DNA of 64,000 nucleotides from positions 310,001 to 374,000 of the forward strand of contig NW_021835988.1 of assembly GCF_006345805.1 (NCBI RefSeq). The letters run 5' to 3'. Both the position numbers and the translations under genes were made by a program. This document shows, one piece after another, positions 62,267 to 64,000 of this stretch. This DNA comes from Octopus sinensis (taxonomy: Eukaryota). The notes below the pieces were generated by a model, which was given only the letters and a program-made list of their open reading frames with translations, ran no database searches and was not told where the DNA came from. The number at the start of each line of letters is the position of its first letter. Position 1 is the stretch's first letter.

Positions 62267-62400
62267 TTCCATAAATTAACTTCTGTATCTGTAATAAAAA
62301 TGTTTATAGTAAAATTAATACTATTCTCGATTTTCATAGTATTTAATTAGCAGCAGAGGATAAGATGGAATGGCAATTTCTTGTGAGATACGTTATTATA

Positions 62401-64000
62401 TGTGACCGGTTGAATACGAGCCCAGGTTGAATACGAGCCGTTAAAAAAATCGTCAATATTTTTTTAATGAAAAAATTAATCAATTAATTAATTTATACCT
62501 TTATAATGATTTGTAATTTTAACAATTCTAAATTTTTCACAAATTTTTGTTTTCTTAACGGTTTACGTCAGATAGAATAGTAATAGATTTTTCCTCACGT
62601 TAGTTTTTTTTTGTTATGAAGGTTGTCCGTTTCAATCTGCTACAAAAGCAAGAAATTATAACCTATCTGAAATATCAAATTATACCATCCAATTTGCTAA
62701 AGGAGAAGCGAAATTTTATAAGAACTACATCCTTATTCAGATTAATAGACTCCTCGCCGGATCAATTATTTTTTATCAAAACAAGTGGAATTCTTTTGCA
62801 TGTGTTCGTTGTGGAAGAGGATGAACAGCAGAGGATATTTATTGAAAATGTTCACCTCAAAAATGGACATCCTGGTCGTGATAGACTTCTTTCTCTTTTA
62901 AAGAATTTAGTCTATGGATCTTGCAGAGATGAAGTTATGCTTGTTCTCAGGTCTTGTCCACAATGTCTTGCAAGACGACTTATGAACACTCGACCAAGTA
63001 TAACACCTATCAGAGCATATACAGTCAGAGAAAGGTAGTAGTTATCTACTCTAATATCAGATATATTTTTGATTTAGTTGATCTACGGCATTATTCAAAT
63101 GCCAATGACAATTTTTGCTGGCTTTTGGTTGGGTTGGATTCTTTTTCTAAATTTTGTTGGACAAGACCTCTAAAGACTAAATCGGCCATGGAGGTGTCAA
63201 GTGCAATAAAAAGTATAATTCTGATGTTTGGAAAACCAACCATTTTGCACACAGACAATGGCAAGGAATTCGTAAACGAAAAAATGTTCGATTTATGCTC
63301 AACATATCGTATAAAACACGTCAGAGGGCGTCCTAGGTGTACATGGGTGCAGGGACAAGTAGAGCGGCTGAATCAGACATTGAAGTTCATGATTTCTTCT
63401 ACGTGCTTTTCAAAGAATTTGAATTTCAGATGGATCGATATCATCGAAGAAATTACAAGTTCGTATAATTCTGTCCAGCATTCGACCACTTTGCACGCTC
63501 CATTCGAATTGATGTTTGGAGCTTCTGCCGATGACACCGTTAATAATCACTACTCAGAAAACGAAATGAATGAAATATTCCACCAAATTTATTCGGGGAA
63601 TAAAGAAACACAAAGTGAAGCAACTGAATATCTTGCATGGTTTTGGTCATCGAATGAAACCACGAGAACGAAAGCAATTTCGAATTCAGACCATGCCGAA
63701 AGAAAAATGTTAGGAAAAAGAACCTGGAAGAATGATATTTCCATTTTTAACATCGGCGATCGAGTTGTCAGGAGGGTGTATCTTGACAATAATAAAAAAA
63801 CACGGAAAAGTGCCTTAAATGAGCACATTGATACATTCACATATTATGTTAGAGGAGTATCTGCCACAGGAATTGTTGGTACTGTGAGCAGAAGATGGTA
63901 CTGTGATTCAAGAAAATAGCAGAGACTTAGCGAGGCTAGAATAGCTTAATCGAAATTTAAAGATTTTCTTACAAATTAATTTAAATAAGATTATTTAAGT
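62401..64000 (+). mobile_element. Ginger-like (KRBA2/SCAND3-type integrase) element, right end beyond the window
   Basis: Putative TGT-starting terminus with a repeated ggttgaatacgagcc at 62401-62440; integrase gene downstream; no RT or LTR visible. Confidence 0.7.
62616..63944 (+). CDS. Integrase (H2C2 zinc domain plus rve core) with a 26-nt intron (63035-63060) and one late frameshift
   Basis: HLKNGHPGRD...CPQC; spliced VRER|YIFDLVD; LDSFSK; HTDNGKEF; QGQVERLNQ. The shifted frame ends SRDLARLE*, matching LAKLE* at 18838. Confidence 0.85.

Noticed and set aside
1-64000. rRNA, snRNA or spliced-leader RNA genes as CRE targets
   Set aside because: No recognisable rRNA or snRNA sequence or tandem SL-like unit was found by eye; a covariance-model scan would be needed to exclude them.

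Overview
AT-rich eukaryotic nuclear DNA, not prokaryotic, dominated by nested, fragmented transposable elements. Host genes: a 13-intron DDX55/SPB4 DEAD-box helicase (33295-35335, minus), a transposon-disrupted USP36/42-like deubiquitinase (5532-6344), a possible WD40 gene, tRNA-Asp(GTC) and a slightly degenerate tRNA-Gly(GCC). Host introns are GT-AG and mostly 24-31 nt, and the genetic code appears standard. This points to a tiny-intron eukaryote; a reduced parasite such as a dicyemid, myxozoan or ascetosporean is an inference only. Elements include about 20 fragments of CRE-clade non-LTR retrotransposons (one with a PHD finger), R2-group REL elements, RTE and L2/CR1-type LINEs (one with an intact 2A peptide), pogo/Tigger, Tc1, hAT, Ginger-like integrases and a non-autonomous Helitron. 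Two patterns stand out. (1) Five DNA transposases from three superfamilies each carry a 25-28 nt GT-AG intron at an AG|GT site; where a related copy covers the same site (three of five) it lacks the intron, suggesting intron gain in transposons. (2) Five insertions are flanked by 10-11 bp direct repeats: two CRE copies, a poly(A)-only insert and two ~600 bp cargo inserts, suggesting one retrotransposition machinery also moves non-TE DNA. All coordinates and alignments were read by eye; approximate boundaries may be off by tens of bases.
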